This document shows positions 1 to 10,986 of a stretch of DNA of 64,000 nucleotides, one piece after another; the first letter of the stretch is position 1, and every line of letters begins with the position of its first letter. Below the pieces are notes generated by a model. The model had not been told where the DNA came from, did no database searches, and saw nothing but the letters and a program-made list of their open reading frames with translations. The translations under genes were made by a program, and so were the position numbers. This DNA is from an uncultured Candidatus Saccharibacteria bacterium (lineage in GTDB: Bacteria; Patescibacteriota; Minisyncoccia; Phycocordibacterales; UBA9973): NCBI GenBank assembly GCA_964606295.1, contig CAZSFR010000001.1:56504-120503 (forward strand), written 5' to 3'.

Positions 1-162
1 TGTATAGAAATCAAATTGTAATGATAGAAGTGCAACAATACAGAAACCAAGTCCCCATCCGATATCTGCTATATCATTTCTTTTGTTTATACTGGCGAAG
101 ATGAAAAGCAGGGTCATGTATATACCTATGAGAAAAGAAATGTAAAGAAAAACGTTTTCCAT
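1..162 (-). CDS. DUF1295-family membrane protein (5' part; runs off the window)
   Basis: Own translation from ATG at 162: MENVFLYISFLIGIYMTLLFIFASINKRNDIADIGWGLGF; RNDIADxxWGLGF is typical of DUF1295. Not in the ORF track. Confidence 0.7.
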   Translation of the reverse strand, partial: MENVFLYISFLIGIYMTLLFIFASINKRNDIADIGWGLGFCIVALLSLQFDFYT

Positions 163-163
163 T

Positions 164-898
164 CTATTGGAGCGTAAACGCCGCTTTCACAGTAATCATG
201 ACCTCCTTATTGATTTGTGATGTGTCGTACGAGCCGTAATCAGTAATTTCTGTCGAGTTGGATGAAAGAACCTGAACGACTCCTGAGGATGCGCTTTTTA
301 GTTTGCCTACATTCTTGCCTGACGCTTCTGCAAGAGCGTTGGCTCTAGCTTCTGCATCTTTTACTGCCTCACCGAGAAGTGACACGCGTAGTTCAGGCAA
401 TGTGGAAATATAGTATTCAAGCGAATTGGTCTGGAAGATAACTCCCTGTCCGATAAGCGCGTCAACATTTTTTGCTACTTGAGTTACTTTGTCTACGTCA
501 CTCGAGTTAACTGTCAGGCTCTGTGTAAGAATATACTCCTTTTCGTTGTAGCTCACTTGCTGACCGTAGCTATAATTTTCATAAAATGAAACAGCGGATA
601 TGGTGATTGCTTCTTCTGGAATTCCAGCAGTCGTTAAGAAATTTTTTACCTTTGTCAAATCAGATGCCATCTGTTGGTAGCCACCGCTAAGACTTGTTAC
701 TTTAGATGCGCGTGTAAACTGAGAGTTCCATTTTACTGTGTCTGATACAACAGAAGCCTTTGCACTTCCGGTAACGGAAAGAGTGTTATCAAGAGATCGA
801 ATCTTGTAAAACGTTACTCCAATTATTATAGAGGCGAGGATAATGGCACTCCCCATTATCGCTCCAAAAGGAATCATGAAGTTTTTGTTTGTTTCCAT
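164..898 (-). CDS. SIMPL (DUF541) domain protein
   Basis: N-terminal TM, LSVTGSA...VSD, AVKDAEARANALA, C-terminal V-x-x-x-V-x-x-x-F. Confidence 0.85.
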   Translation of the reverse strand: METNKNFMIPFGAIMGSAIILASIIIGVTFYKIRSLDNTLSVTGSAKASVVSDTVKWNSQFTRASKVTSLSGGYQQMASDLTKVKNFLTTAGIPEEAITISAVSFYENYSYGQQVSYNEKEYILTQSLTVNSSDVDKVTQVAKNVDALIGQGVIFQTNSLEYYISTLPELRVSLLGEAVKDAEARANALAEASGKNVGKLKSASSGVVQVLSSNSTEITDYGSYDTSQINKEVMITVKAAFTLQ

Positions 899-934
899 TG
901 TATTAGTATACGCTTCTTTATATAAATAAGAAAT

Positions 935-1957
935 CTATGTTTTGACACTGAAACTTTCACGGTACATGGAAAGAAGTGTGTGGAGCAAGCTAACTGTGAG
1001 TGGACCTAGGAGGATTCCTGCTGGGCCAAGAAGCGCAATACCGCCTAAAACAGCAAAGAGGATGACGAGTGGCGGAAGAGCCACTCCACGGCCAACGAAA
1101 TAAGGCGTAAGAATGTTGTCTACAAGTCCTACAATAATTGCTGACCACGCGATTAGTCCAAAAGCCTGCGGCTGACTTCCTGTTGCAAGTAGGAAGATGA
1201 CCGCCGGGATCCAAACAAGGCCAGTACCAATCATTGGAATTAGCGAGCCGAGTCCTGCCACTACTCCCCAGAGAGCAGGGTTGGGTACATTGAATATCCA
1301 GAGACCTATCCCCATCAGCACTCCCTGAAGGACAGCGACCAAAAGGTAGCCTTTCACAACACCATTTATTGTCTGCTTCATTCTCTCAAGTATTTTCATG
1401 TCATTAGAATCAGAGAGTGGAGAAAGTTCTATAAGAAATTTTCTCCAATGATCCCCATCTTTGAGAAAATAAAAAAGTGAGAGAGTCATAAGTAAAAGCG
1501 AAAGGACAGTGCCGAGCGTCGCAGTAAAAATATTTGCAACGTTCTCTGTAATGAATGCTACTATATCTGCTATCTTATCCTGAATGTTGAAAGTGGTCAC
1601 CCCAGGAAGTCTCTCATTAAACGAATTTGAGAGATTTAGAATGAAAGGATTGGCGCCACTATCTGTGGTGAGGGTTGTGTAAAGACTTTGTGATTGATGA
1701 AACACAAGTGTCCCTATTCCAAAGAGTGGACCACAAAGAACGACGAGAAATACAAGTACAGTCAAAAAGGCCGCAGGCCATTTATAACCGCGAGTTACCT
1801 TCTGAAGTAAATATGTATATAGCGGAGATATCGCGACAGCGATTGACGCGCTCAAGATGATAACAATGAAGAATGGTTTAATAATGAAAAATGCTAGAAC
1901 TGCAACTAAAAGGAGGAGTCCGAAAAAAAAATATCTTTCATTTAATTTACTTTGCAT
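935..1957 (-). CDS. AI-2E family transporter
   Basis: Multi-TM; SLIPMIGTGLVWIP, DNILTPYFVG, GGIALLGPAGILLGP. Start moved to MQSK (1957), 8 nt after TGCTATACT. Confidence 0.9.
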   Translation of the reverse strand: MQSKLNERYFFFGLLLLVAVLAFFIIKPFFIVIILSASIAVAISPLYTYLLQKVTRGYKWPAAFLTVLVFLVVLCGPLFGIGTLVFHQSQSLYTTLTTDSGANPFILNLSNSFNERLPGVTTFNIQDKIADIVAFITENVANIFTATLGTVLSLLLMTLSLFYFLKDGDHWRKFLIELSPLSDSNDMKILERMKQTINGVVKGYLLVAVLQGVLMGIGLWIFNVPNPALWGVVAGLGSLIPMIGTGLVWIPAVIFLLATGSQPQAFGLIAWSAIIVGLVDNILTPYFVGRGVALPPLVILFAVLGGIALLGPAGILLGPLTVSLLHTLLSMYRESFSVKT

Positions 1958-1988
1958 AGACGCAAAGTATAGCATAGCGTACGAATAA

Positions 1989-2432
1989 CTATATGTTCAC
2001 CTTTCGATACTTTTTGTTCTTCCATTTGTCTGCCATTTTGACTCGAGTGAGCGATCGCTCGAGTTCGCCTTCAAATGCTTCGAAGTCCACGACTTCATTA
2101 CCGTCTTTAAGCTTCTTTAGCTCTTCTGCGCGGGCTTTTGCTTTTGCTAGCACTTCGTCAGATATGTCGGCTACGTGTTCTGCGAAGTCTGCGAGAATTT
2201 TTACGACATTTCCAGAGACTTCGATGAATCCTCCAGAGACTGCCATGGGGACCAATTCCCCATTTACTTTTGCTACCACATCGCCAGAAGCGAGTGTTGA
2301 TATAAGTGGAATATGATCGGGAAGGACGGTGATCTCCCCTTCACCTGTAGGCAAAGTCACCAAATCCACCATCTCGTCGAGGACTATGCGTTCTGGTGTA
2401 ATTATTTTGAGTTGTAATTGTTTAGTCGCCAT
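1989..2432 (-). CDS. atpC: F0F1 ATP synthase epsilon subunit
   Basis: IITPER, GEITVLPDHIPL, VSGGFIEV; last gene of atp operon. Confidence 0.95.
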   Translation of the reverse strand: MATKQLQLKIITPERIVLDEMVDLVTLPTGEGEITVLPDHIPLISTLASGDVVAKVNGELVPMAVSGGFIEVSGNVVKILADFAEHVADISDEVLAKAKARAEELKKLKDGNEVVDFEAFEGELERSLTRVKMADKWKNKKYRKVNI

Positions 2433-2439
2433 TTAAATA

Positions 2440-3798
<1,359 letters not shown>

Positions 3799-3820
3799 CT
3801 AGTATTACTGATAATATAAT

Positions 3821-4099
3821 TTATAATTTACTCTCTCTGTATATAAGCATTCGTAGATCGTCATCATTCCTTGCTAGAAGTCCTTTAACTTCATATCTTA
3901 ATTTTTTTAATCTTAATATTTCTCTTGAGACTCCTTCTTCATTATTTCTTTTTTGAAAAGACTCCCCTTTTTTCCATCCATCGTTTATCAAATTTTGACT
4001 TAAGATTATTTGTTTATTTTCATCCAAAATAAAACTTTCACTTATATAAGCAAGTCTACCGAGTTCAGTCTGATTATAATTTTTGTCCGGTGTATTCAT
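3821..4099 (-). CDS. Hypothetical protein inserted between atpG and atpD
   Basis: 92-aa AT-rich ORF filling the gap, co-oriented; no motif recognised. Confidence 0.55.
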   Translation of the reverse strand: MNTPDKNYNQTELGRLAYISESFILDENKQIILSQNLINDGWKKGESFQKRNNEEGVSREILRLKKLRYEVKGLLARNDDDLRMLIYRESKL

Positions 4100-4106
4100 A
4101 ATACTT

Positions 4107-5012
4107 TTAACTCACACTTGCCATTCCGGCGCTAATTTCTGATATTTCTTTTGTAATTGCTGCCTGACGGGCTTTGTTGAATGCTAGCGTCAAGTCGTCA
4201 ATCATCTCCCCTGCCGCTTCTGACGCATTCTTCATTGCCATCATACGACTCGACTGCTCTGAAGCTGAGGATTCGAGGATCATCTGGTAGACCTGAGAAC
4301 GTGCGATTTTTTCGACGAGCTTTGACATGAGTGCGTCGTAACCGGGTTCGAAAGTGTAGGAAGTAGCATTTGACTTTTGACCATTGACGTTTGACTCAGC
4401 ATTCTCACCCAATGTTTCTACACTCTTTTCAACTTCACTTATCGAGACAGGAAGTATAGGGCGGATAGCTGGTTTGGAAACGAGAGCGGAGATGAAGTCG
4501 GTGTAAGCAATGTAGACTTTGTCGTATGTGCCGTTTGCGTAGTCTGCCATGATTAGATTTCCTATCGGCAGAACATCGCGAAATGTTGCGTTGTCTGGAA
4601 GCTCTGTAAATGATGCGACTATGTTTTGTCCGAGTCTGCGGAGTGCTGCTTCCCCCTTCTTCCCTACTGCAACAAAAGAAATTTGTTTTCCGTCATTTTC
4701 CTTAATCATTTTCATCACAGCACGGATTATCTGTGCATTGTATGCTCCACAAAGTCCGCGATTGGAAGTGATGAGGACGACGAGGACGTTTTTCACCTCG
4801 CGCTTCTTGAGAAGAGCGTGCTCACTTTCGCCACCTGATTGTGAGAGCGATTCGAGAATCTCCCAAGATGCTTGTGCGTATGGGCGAGATGCGAGGGTCG
4901 CTGTTACAGCCCGCTTCATTTTGGAAGCAGAAACAAGCTCCATGGCTTTGGTTATCTTTTTCGTGTTCTTGACACTCTTTATTCGTCTTTTTATATCAAG
5001 TGATCCTGCCAT
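4107..5012 (-). CDS. atpG: F0F1 ATP synthase gamma subunit
   Basis: KITKAMELVS, SNRGLCGAYN, SEQSSRMMAMKNA, RQAAITKEISEI. Confidence 0.99.
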   Translation of the reverse strand: MAGSLDIKRRIKSVKNTKKITKAMELVSASKMKRAVTATLASRPYAQASWEILESLSQSGGESEHALLKKREVKNVLVVLITSNRGLCGAYNAQIIRAVMKMIKENDGKQISFVAVGKKGEAALRRLGQNIVASFTELPDNATFRDVLPIGNLIMADYANGTYDKVYIAYTDFISALVSKPAIRPILPVSISEVEKSVETLGENAESNVNGQKSNATSYTFEPGYDALMSKLVEKIARSQVYQMILESSASEQSSRMMAMKNASEAAGEMIDDLTLAFNKARQAAITKEISEISAGMASVS

Positions 5013-5018
5013 AAATTA

Positions 5019-5357
5019 TTAAATAAATTTTAGTAGAATAACAAATACAAAGAAACCTATACTGAAACAGAAAAGAATATTCGATGTCCGCTTGAGCTTT
5101 TTGCATAGAAAAACGTTTGCGGGATCATTTAGTTGTTCTAACTTTTGCGCACGGAGTAACCCTGAGACTCCAAAAACAAAAGAGATGATAAGAAGAATAA
5201 ATGAAGAAAAATATAAGATAATCATCGCTTTGATGAGTAGCGAGCTTTGCGAATCTATTCCCAGAAGGAAGACTATTGATACAGCAACCCAAATTCCAAT
5301 CAATACCTGATTGATTCGTAACACGGCCTTTGCTGTTGTTATAGTTTTCTGATCCAT
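5019..5357 (-). CDS. Hypothetical 3-TM membrane protein inserted between atpA and atpG
   Basis: Three hydrophobic segments; 3-6 bp spacing to neighbours. Confidence 0.65.
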   Translation of the reverse strand: MDQKTITTAKAVLRINQVLIGIWVAVSIVFLLGIDSQSSLLIKAMIILYFSSFILLIISFVFGVSGLLRAQKLEQLNDPANVFLCKKLKRTSNILFCFSIGFFVFVILLKFI

Positions 5358-5360
5358 ACC

Positions 5361-6866
5361 CTATAAATTAAACGTACTCTTAAAACTCTCAATAGTTTCC
5401 TTCAACTTCGCTTCGCTTGCATCTTCCCACATTTTCTTTTCCCTTACATCAGCCACAAACTCTTTGCAGTTTGCTTCGACATAGTCGATAAGTCCTGCTT
5501 CGAATTCCTTGATCTTTGCTACAGGAATGGAGTCCATAAATCCTCGTGAGAGTGCGTAGAGAGAGATCACTTGGTGCTCGACAACCATCGGCGAGTATTG
5601 TGTTTGCTTCAAGAGCTCGACAGCGCGACGTCCGCGTTCGATCTGGTTGCGAGTTGCGACATCGAGGTCAGAACCGAATTGTGAAAACGCTTCGAGTTCA
5701 CGAAACTGCGCGAGGTCGAGTTTGAGTGTGCCCGCCACTTTCTTCATGGCTTTGATCTGAGCAGATGAGCCAACACGAGACACGGAGAATCCGACGTTTA
5801 CCGCAGGACGTACACCTTTGTAGAAGAGATCAGTCTCGAGGAATATCTGTCCGTCTGTGATAGAGATCACGTTTGTCGGGATGTAGGCAGAGATGTCGCC
5901 CGCTTGGGTCTCGATGATAGGAAGAGCTGTGATAGAACCACCGCCGAAGTCTGCGTTCTTGCGACATGCACGTTCGAGCAAACGTGAGTGGAGATAGAAG
6001 ACGTCTCCAGGATACGCTTCGCGTCCCGGTGGACGGCGAAGAAGAAGTGAGATTTCACGATAGGCGACTGCGTGCTTGGAGAGATCATCGTAGATGATGA
6101 GCACGTCTTCACCTTTGTCCATGAAATATTCAGCTACTGACACTCCAGCGTAGGGAGCGAGGTACTGCATCGGAGATGGATCAGATGCTCCAGCAGACAC
6201 GATGACTGTGTATTCCATTGCACCAGCTTCACGTAGACGAGTTTCGAGTGCGCGGAGCTTTGAATCTTTTTGTCCGATCGCAACATACACACATTTCATG
6301 TTCTGACCTTTTTGGTTCAAGATAGTGTCGATAGCGATAGCAGTTTTTCCAGTCTGACGATCCCCGATCAGAAGCTCGCGCTGTCCTCGTCCGATCGGCA
6401 CGAGAGCATCGATAGCTTTGATACCAGTTTGCACAGGCTGATCCACTGACTGACGCGTAATAACGCCAGATGCTACACGTTCGATAGGAAGTGTCTTTGT
6501 AGACTTTATATCACCCTTGCCGTCAAGCGGTACACCGAGAGGGTTTACCACACGGCCAAGGATCGCGTCCCCTACTGGGATTTCGAGAATACGACCTGTG
6601 AGACGAACTTCCTGACCTTCTTTGATACTGCCGTACTCACCGAGGATGATGATACCGACAGTGTCTTCTCCAAGGTTGAGCGCAACTCCCGTCTCACCAC
6701 CTGCAAAGGTGACCATTTCAGACGCCTTGACTCCACGAAGTCCAGATACCTGTGCGATACCATCTCCGACTTCGAGAACTGTCCCGATTTCTTCGCGTGT
6801 TGTTCCGCCAGAAAAACCAGCGATTTCATTCTTTAACTCTTCTATTATGTGTTGTGTTGAAGCCAT
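5361..6866 (-). CDS. atpA: F0F1 ATP synthase alpha subunit
   Basis: [42 protein letters not shown]. Confidence 0.99.
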   Translation of the reverse strand: MASTQHIIEELKNEIAGFSGGTTREEIGTVLEVGDGIAQVSGLRGVKASEMVTFAGGETGVALNLGEDTVGIIILGEYGSIKEGQEVRLTGRILEIPVGDAILGRVVNPLGVPLDGKGDIKSTKTLPIERVASGVITRQSVDQPVQTGIKAIDALVPIGRGQRELLIGDRQTGKTAIAIDTILNQKGQNMKCVYVAIGQKDSKLRALETRLREAGAMEYTVIVSAGASDPSPMQYLAPYAGVSVAEYFMDKGEDVLIIYDDLSKHAVAYREISLLLRRPPGREAYPGDVFYLHSRLLERACRKNADFGGGSITALPIIETQAGDISAYIPTNVISITDGQIFLETDLFYKGVRPAVNVGFSVSRVGSSAQIKAMKKVAGTLKLDLAQFRELEAFSQFGSDLDVATRNQIERGRRAVELLKQTQYSPMVVEHQVISLYALSRGFMDSIPVAKIKEFEAGLIDYVEANCKEFVADVREKKMWEDASEAKLKETIESFKSTFNL

Positions 6867-6877
6867 GTGTAATTTGT

Positions 6878-7282
6878 CTATTTGGTAAGTGTTGTTTTCA
6901 ATCTATCGAGCCGACCTTTCAAACTTGCGTCTATGAGATATTCGTCTGTCCTCACTCTCCATCCTCCGATCAGTGTCTCATCCATTTTTTCTTCGAGCAC
7001 TATTTCTTTCGTATGAAATAATTTCTTTACAGCGCTTTCTATCTCTTTTCTTTCGCTCTCACTGAGCTTTGCCGCAACCCCTATCGTTCCTCTCACTCTT
7101 CCTTCTTTCTTGTCTATCAATCTCTCGTAAGCTTTTCGTATATCGTCTATCATACCTGCCGCTTTGTGCTTTACAAGAAAGCCTGAGAAAACTTTGAGCG
7201 CGGCCTTCGCCTCTGTATCGCTTTTCCCTTCAGTCAGAGCGGAGAGGATTTCTGCGTATTCAGTTGTTCCTAGTTTTCTCAT
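6878..7282 (-). CDS. atpH: F0F1 ATP synthase delta subunit (short form)
   Basis: DETLIGG...[10 protein letters not shown]-terminal motif; position between atpF and atpA. Confidence 0.9.
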   Translation of the reverse strand: MRKLGTTEYAEILSALTEGKSDTEAKAALKVFSGFLVKHKAAGMIDDIRKAYERLIDKKEGRVRGTIGVAAKLSESERKEIESAVKKLFHTKEIVLEEKMDETLIGGWRVRTDEYLIDASLKGRLDRLKTTLTK

Positions 7283-7291
7283 GTGTGATGT

Positions 7292-7786
7292 TTATACTTC
7301 TTTATTTGCGCTCGTAACAATCTTTGCCTTCAATTCTGCATCGACAACACTGCCAAGGACTTTTTCTGTGCTCGCGATAACGAGACCTGCAAGTTCACGC
7401 CTTGCATCTGTTAGCATCTTTGAATTTTCAGCCAAAAGCTCTGCCTTGCCGCTCTCTACAATCTTCTTTGCATCTTCGTCAGCCTTTTCAATAAGTGCTA
7501 CGCGCACTTTCTCAGCATCTTTCTTCGCAATGCCAATTAATTCCTGTGACTCTTTGCGGGCTTCTGCTATCACTTTCTTGTATTCCGTTTCTGTTTCAGA
7601 AAGTAACTCCTTATGCTTTTTCGCATCAGTAAGCCCGCCTGCAATCTTTTCGCTTCGCTCATTCATGAGCTTGCCGAGCGGCTTGATTGCAAATTTGTAC
7701 AAAACGATGATGACGATCGCAAAGTTCACCATCTGCGCGATGATGAGTCTCCAATCTATGTGAAATGTGTCGATAAGTGAATCCAT
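7292..7786 (-). CDS. atpF: F0F1 ATP synthase b subunit
   Basis: AQMVNF...LYKFAIKPL..LMNERSEKI, coiled coil. Confidence 0.95.
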   Translation of the reverse strand: MDSLIDTFHIDWRLIIAQMVNFAIVIIVLYKFAIKPLGKLMNERSEKIAGGLTDAKKHKELLSETETEYKKVIAEARKESQELIGIAKKDAEKVRVALIEKADEDAKKIVESGKAELLAENSKMLTDARRELAGLVIASTEKVLGSVVDAELKAKIVTSANKEV

Positions 7787-7838
7787 GACAAAGTTAAAAG
7801 TTCTTATAATTTATAAAGTTGAAAGTGTTTCAAATGCA

Positions 7839-7910
7839 CTTAACATTTGACATTTAACATTTGACGCATGCAATGCACGGTCAAATGTCAATGGTCAAAA
7901 GCCAAATGTC
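7839..7910. repeat. Heptamer tandem repeats arranged as an imperfect inverted repeat
   Basis: (taacatt/tgacatt)x4, short spacer, then (gtcaaat/gtcaatg/gtcaaaa/gccaaat)x4, between atpE and atpF. Confidence 0.8.
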
Positions 7911-7917
7911 TTGACTG

Positions 7918-8148
<231 letters not shown>

Positions 8149-8221
8149 TTACCTAATAATTGCTCCACAGTATGTGGCTGCGATCCTTGTACGAGAACTC
8201 TCGTGCAAAGATCGCAAACAC

Positions 8222-9169
8222 CTACACCGTAAGACGCTTCAACTCGTCTACTAACTCTTCTGTTGGAGTTTCTTCGTGATGTGACCCCTCGTGCTCAGAA
8301 TGATCCTGTGCAGAAATCGTGAAGTAGACAAGTGTTAGCATTGCAAAGATAAGCGCCTGAATCACGCCGACTAGAATTTCGAGGAAAAGAAACGGCACGG
8401 GCACAAAGTATGCAATGATGGCGGCCATTGATGCCAAAAGCACTTCGCCAGCAAATACGTTTCCAAAGAGACGAAATGAGAGCGATGCAACCTTTGCGAA
8501 TTCTCCGATGATCTCCAAGAGTCCAACAAAGAACGTAATCGGGGCAATGAGTATCACCGTCGGCTCCTTGCGAATCTTGGTGAATATCTCCCCGAGCACC
8601 TTCAAATTAACATATTTATTAAACATTTTCCATCCACCTATGGTGATAATGCCGAAAACGTTTGCACCTACAACAGCTATTATTGCGAGCGCCAGGGTTG
8701 TATTTATATCCGCAGTTCCTCCTCGCAAGAATGGCACGAGCACGCTTTCACCATCGTGACCTACTACTTGCCCTATCGTCCCGCTACCCGGCAATATTCC
8801 AAGCCAGTTGTTGAAAAGGACAAAGAAGAAAATCGATATCGAGAGAGGAAAAATCTTTAGTGTCAGCTTGCGGTCATTTGTAACTTGATCGGCAAGGCTC
8901 AATCCCCCTTCAACTATTATTTCAAAAATATTTTGCAGTTTACCTGGAATTTCTTTGAGACCACGTCTTAGAAAAAAAGCTAGTACTACTAATATAAGTA
9001 CAGCTCCCCATGCGGTTACCAATGAGTTTGTAATTGGAAATTCTCCAATGTAGGCAAGTGGTTCGGCAAAAAGAGTTATCTCGTGAACAATCTCATGCGT
9101 CGAAACATCTCCTTGAGAAGTTTCTATGAGTCCGTGTTCTGTTGTTGTTTCTTCAAATGCTTCTACCAT
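8222..9169 (-). CDS. atpB: F0F1 ATP synthase a subunit
   Basis: TADINTT, SLSFRLFGNVFAGE, IQALIFAMLT. Confidence 0.97.
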   Translation of the reverse strand: MVEAFEETTTEHGLIETSQGDVSTHEIVHEITLFAEPLAYIGEFPITNSLVTAWGAVLILVVLAFFLRRGLKEIPGKLQNIFEIIVEGGLSLADQVTNDRKLTLKIFPLSISIFFFVLFNNWLGILPGSGTIGQVVGHDGESVLVPFLRGGTADINTTLALAIIAVVGANVFGIITIGGWKMFNKYVNLKVLGEIFTKIRKEPTVILIAPITFFVGLLEIIGEFAKVASLSFRLFGNVFAGEVLLASMAAIIAYFVPVPFLFLEILVGVIQALIFAMLTLVYFTISAQDHSEHEGSHHEETPTEELVDELKRLTV

Positions 9170-9170
9170 A

Positions 9171-9437
9171 CTATTCTTTGATTACATCTACATTCTTCTC
9201 AGGTGTCTCAAGTGCGGTCATTGCTTTTCTTGATTCTTTGACTATCCCTATCATTGAAACAATGAATGCTATACCTGTCAGTCCAAGAAAGACAATCGGT
9301 TCAGAATCAAATTTTCGATCAAGCGATTTCCCTACTATTAATGATGCAACTATTGGAAGTGCAATCCATCCTGAAATTTTTAGAAAAAGGAAGAGTGCCG
9401 GTTGCCATGATTTTTTGTTACTATTTTTATTTTCCAT
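9171..9437 (-). CDS. atpI: AtpZ/AtpI family protein
   Basis: Two TM with GKSLDRKFDSEP; first gene of atp operon. Confidence 0.8.
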   Translation of the reverse strand: MENKNSNKKSWQPALFLFLKISGWIALPIVASLIVGKSLDRKFDSEPIVFLGLTGIAFIVSMIGIVKESRKAMTALETPEKNVDVIKE

Positions 9438-9443
9438 AACTTA

Positions 9444-9715
9444 TGTGAGAAAGAATCCCTTCTCGCTTATGCCGAGGTTTGCAGGCAAGGAACTTTCGGC
9501 TTCTGTCTTACCGCGCCCCGTCGCAATGTTGAAAACTAAGTGCGTGTGGAAAGAATCGAACTTTCGGCCTCTGTCTTATCAGGACAGCGTTCTACCACTG
9601 AACTACACACGCACTTAATTTTCAAAGCATTACATTGCGACTGGGGTCAGGATCCTAGAATCAAAACAAGTTTGGTACGGGACACATCAACGTTCTACCA
9701 CTGAACTACACACGC
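9444..9715 (-). pseudogene. Fragmented degenerate tRNA-Ile copy in four colinear pieces surrounding the intact tRNA
   Basis: Pieces 9688-9715, 9647-9652, 9490-9510 and 9444-9457 match consecutive parts of the 9541-9612 tRNA with few mismatches. Confidence 0.75.
9541..9612 (-). tRNA. tRNA-Ile (anticodon GAT), CCA not encoded
   Basis: GCGTGTG/CACACGC acceptor stem, D arm GTTC-AGTGGTA-GAAC, anticodon arm CTGTC-CTGATAA-GACAG, T arm GAAAG-TTCGATT-CTTTC. Confidence 0.95.
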
Positions 9716-9775
9716 AAAAATGAGCTTTCAGGGCAAGCTCGCGGTCATATAGTAGCAAAATAAGGCTCATTTCGC

Positions 9776-9811
9776 AAATAAAATAGCCGGTGAACATCAT
9801 TCACCGGCTAT
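9776..9811 (-). terminator. Intrinsic terminator after ORF 9817-10275
   Basis: 12-bp perfect stem atagccggtgaa/ttcaccggctat with U-rich tail on minus strand. Confidence 0.75.
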
Positions 9812-9816
9812 GAGCA

Positions 9817-10275
9817 TTATGCTCGGTTCTTTATGGCTGTTTTGTGTGTACGTTTTACGTACACACGCTGTTTGAACTTTCTTTGGGGAGTTTGAAATCC
9901 CTCCCCATCAAAAGGTACTTTTTCAACAATTTCGCACCATTCGGGCAAATCGATCGAAAAGCGGATCAAAGCACGAGATTCTTTCGAACCTGCATGTGCA
10001 TCATAATCCCAGCTTAAACGATAAAACTTATGTCCGTTCTTCAGGAGTTTCAAACACCATTCGAAAGGAGCAATGATAATAGGGATCTCCCTGTTCTTTA
10101 TTGCTTTTTCGAACCGCGTTCGGAATTCCTCCCAAGATTTATGTCGCTTCTTTTTTGATGGTAAAATGACCGTATCTTTGCCAAAATGTTTGGTAATGAG
10201 GAATTTTTCTTTTGGCAACAACTCATGTTGTGATAAAAAAACAACATGAGGAAAATCGTCTGTTTTCGAACACAT
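9817..10275 (-). CDS. Hypothetical basic protein
   Basis: 152-aa ORF followed by terminator; no family recognised. Confidence 0.6.
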   Translation of the reverse strand: MCSKTDDFPHVVFLSQHELLPKEKFLITKHFGKDTVILPSKKKRHKSWEEFRTRFEKAIKNREIPIIIAPFEWCLKLLKNGHKFYRLSWDYDAHAGSKESRALIRFSIDLPEWCEIVEKVPFDGEGFQTPQRKFKQRVYVKRTHKTAIKNRA

Positions 10276-10371
10276 CTTTCTGTTTGTTTTCGTTAAAAAA
10301 ATTGTTTGTTGTTTTGTTTTTTGGCAAGTCCTCCTATGGCTTGCTTTTATGTTGTTAGAAATTTTGTTTTG

Positions 10372-10935
10372 TTATAAGCATAGCCTCTTGCGCTCGAAGC
10401 TAAAATTAACTTCGCTGATTCGATGAGGTGAAATATATAGACACGGAATGTTCTCATCCGCCTCGTCGAAATCAATTTCTGCATCGTCGGGATTCAAGCA
10501 ATTGAGAACAATCTGGTTCATCTCTGCGTCAGGCTCGATTGAAACTCTGATTGAATCTGTAATCTGCCCGTCTGCAGTATAAAACTGATGTTTGCCGGAG
10601 AATTCTGTTTCTGTAAACAAAACATCTCTTCCTGCAAAAATCTCAACATAAAACGAGATGGATGTAATCACTGGTTGAACATAGTGGTTCCCAATGACAA
10701 ACATCGTTCGTGTCCAATGCATCATCCTCAAAATATCCTCTGCCTCAGAAGAATGGAGTACATTCGCCCTTACTGCAAGTGTGCATGTCTCGTTGTTTAT
10801 ACCAAAATCAAAATTTGTGTCTCTCAGACTTCGGACCAGCGCTTTCACGCTGTCGAAAATCTCTTCTTGATCTGGAACGTCATCTGCAACCTCTCTTAAC
10901 CTAAAGAAAGGAAGTTCGCCTATTAAGTTTTTCAT
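10372..10935 (-). CDS. Hypothetical acidic protein
   Basis: 187-aa ORF, no family recognised. Confidence 0.6.
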   Translation of the reverse strand: MKNLIGELPFFRLREVADDVPDQEEIFDSVKALVRSLRDTNFDFGINNETCTLAVRANVLHSSEAEDILRMMHWTRTMFVIGNHYVQPVITSISFYVEIFAGRDVLFTETEFSGKHQFYTADGQITDSIRVSIEPDAEMNQIVLNCLNPDDAEIDFDEADENIPCLYISPHRISEVNFSFERKRLCL

Positions 10936-10986
10936 GTCAAAAAATTTTTGTGATTATGAAATCTATCTTGCCTCAACTATACCAGT

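Noticed and set aside
9142-9618. 158-aa plus-strand ORF
   Set aside because: Antisense to atpI and the tRNA; shadow ORF.
9511-9646. Group I intron in the tRNA anticodon
   Set aside because: Only 136 nt, mostly filled by an intact tRNA; the 5' exon ends in A rather than U and no ribozyme core is visible.
9688-9715. attL/attR of an element integrated at the tRNA
   Set aside because: Duplicated pieces cover the whole tRNA within 270 bp and no integrase is present.
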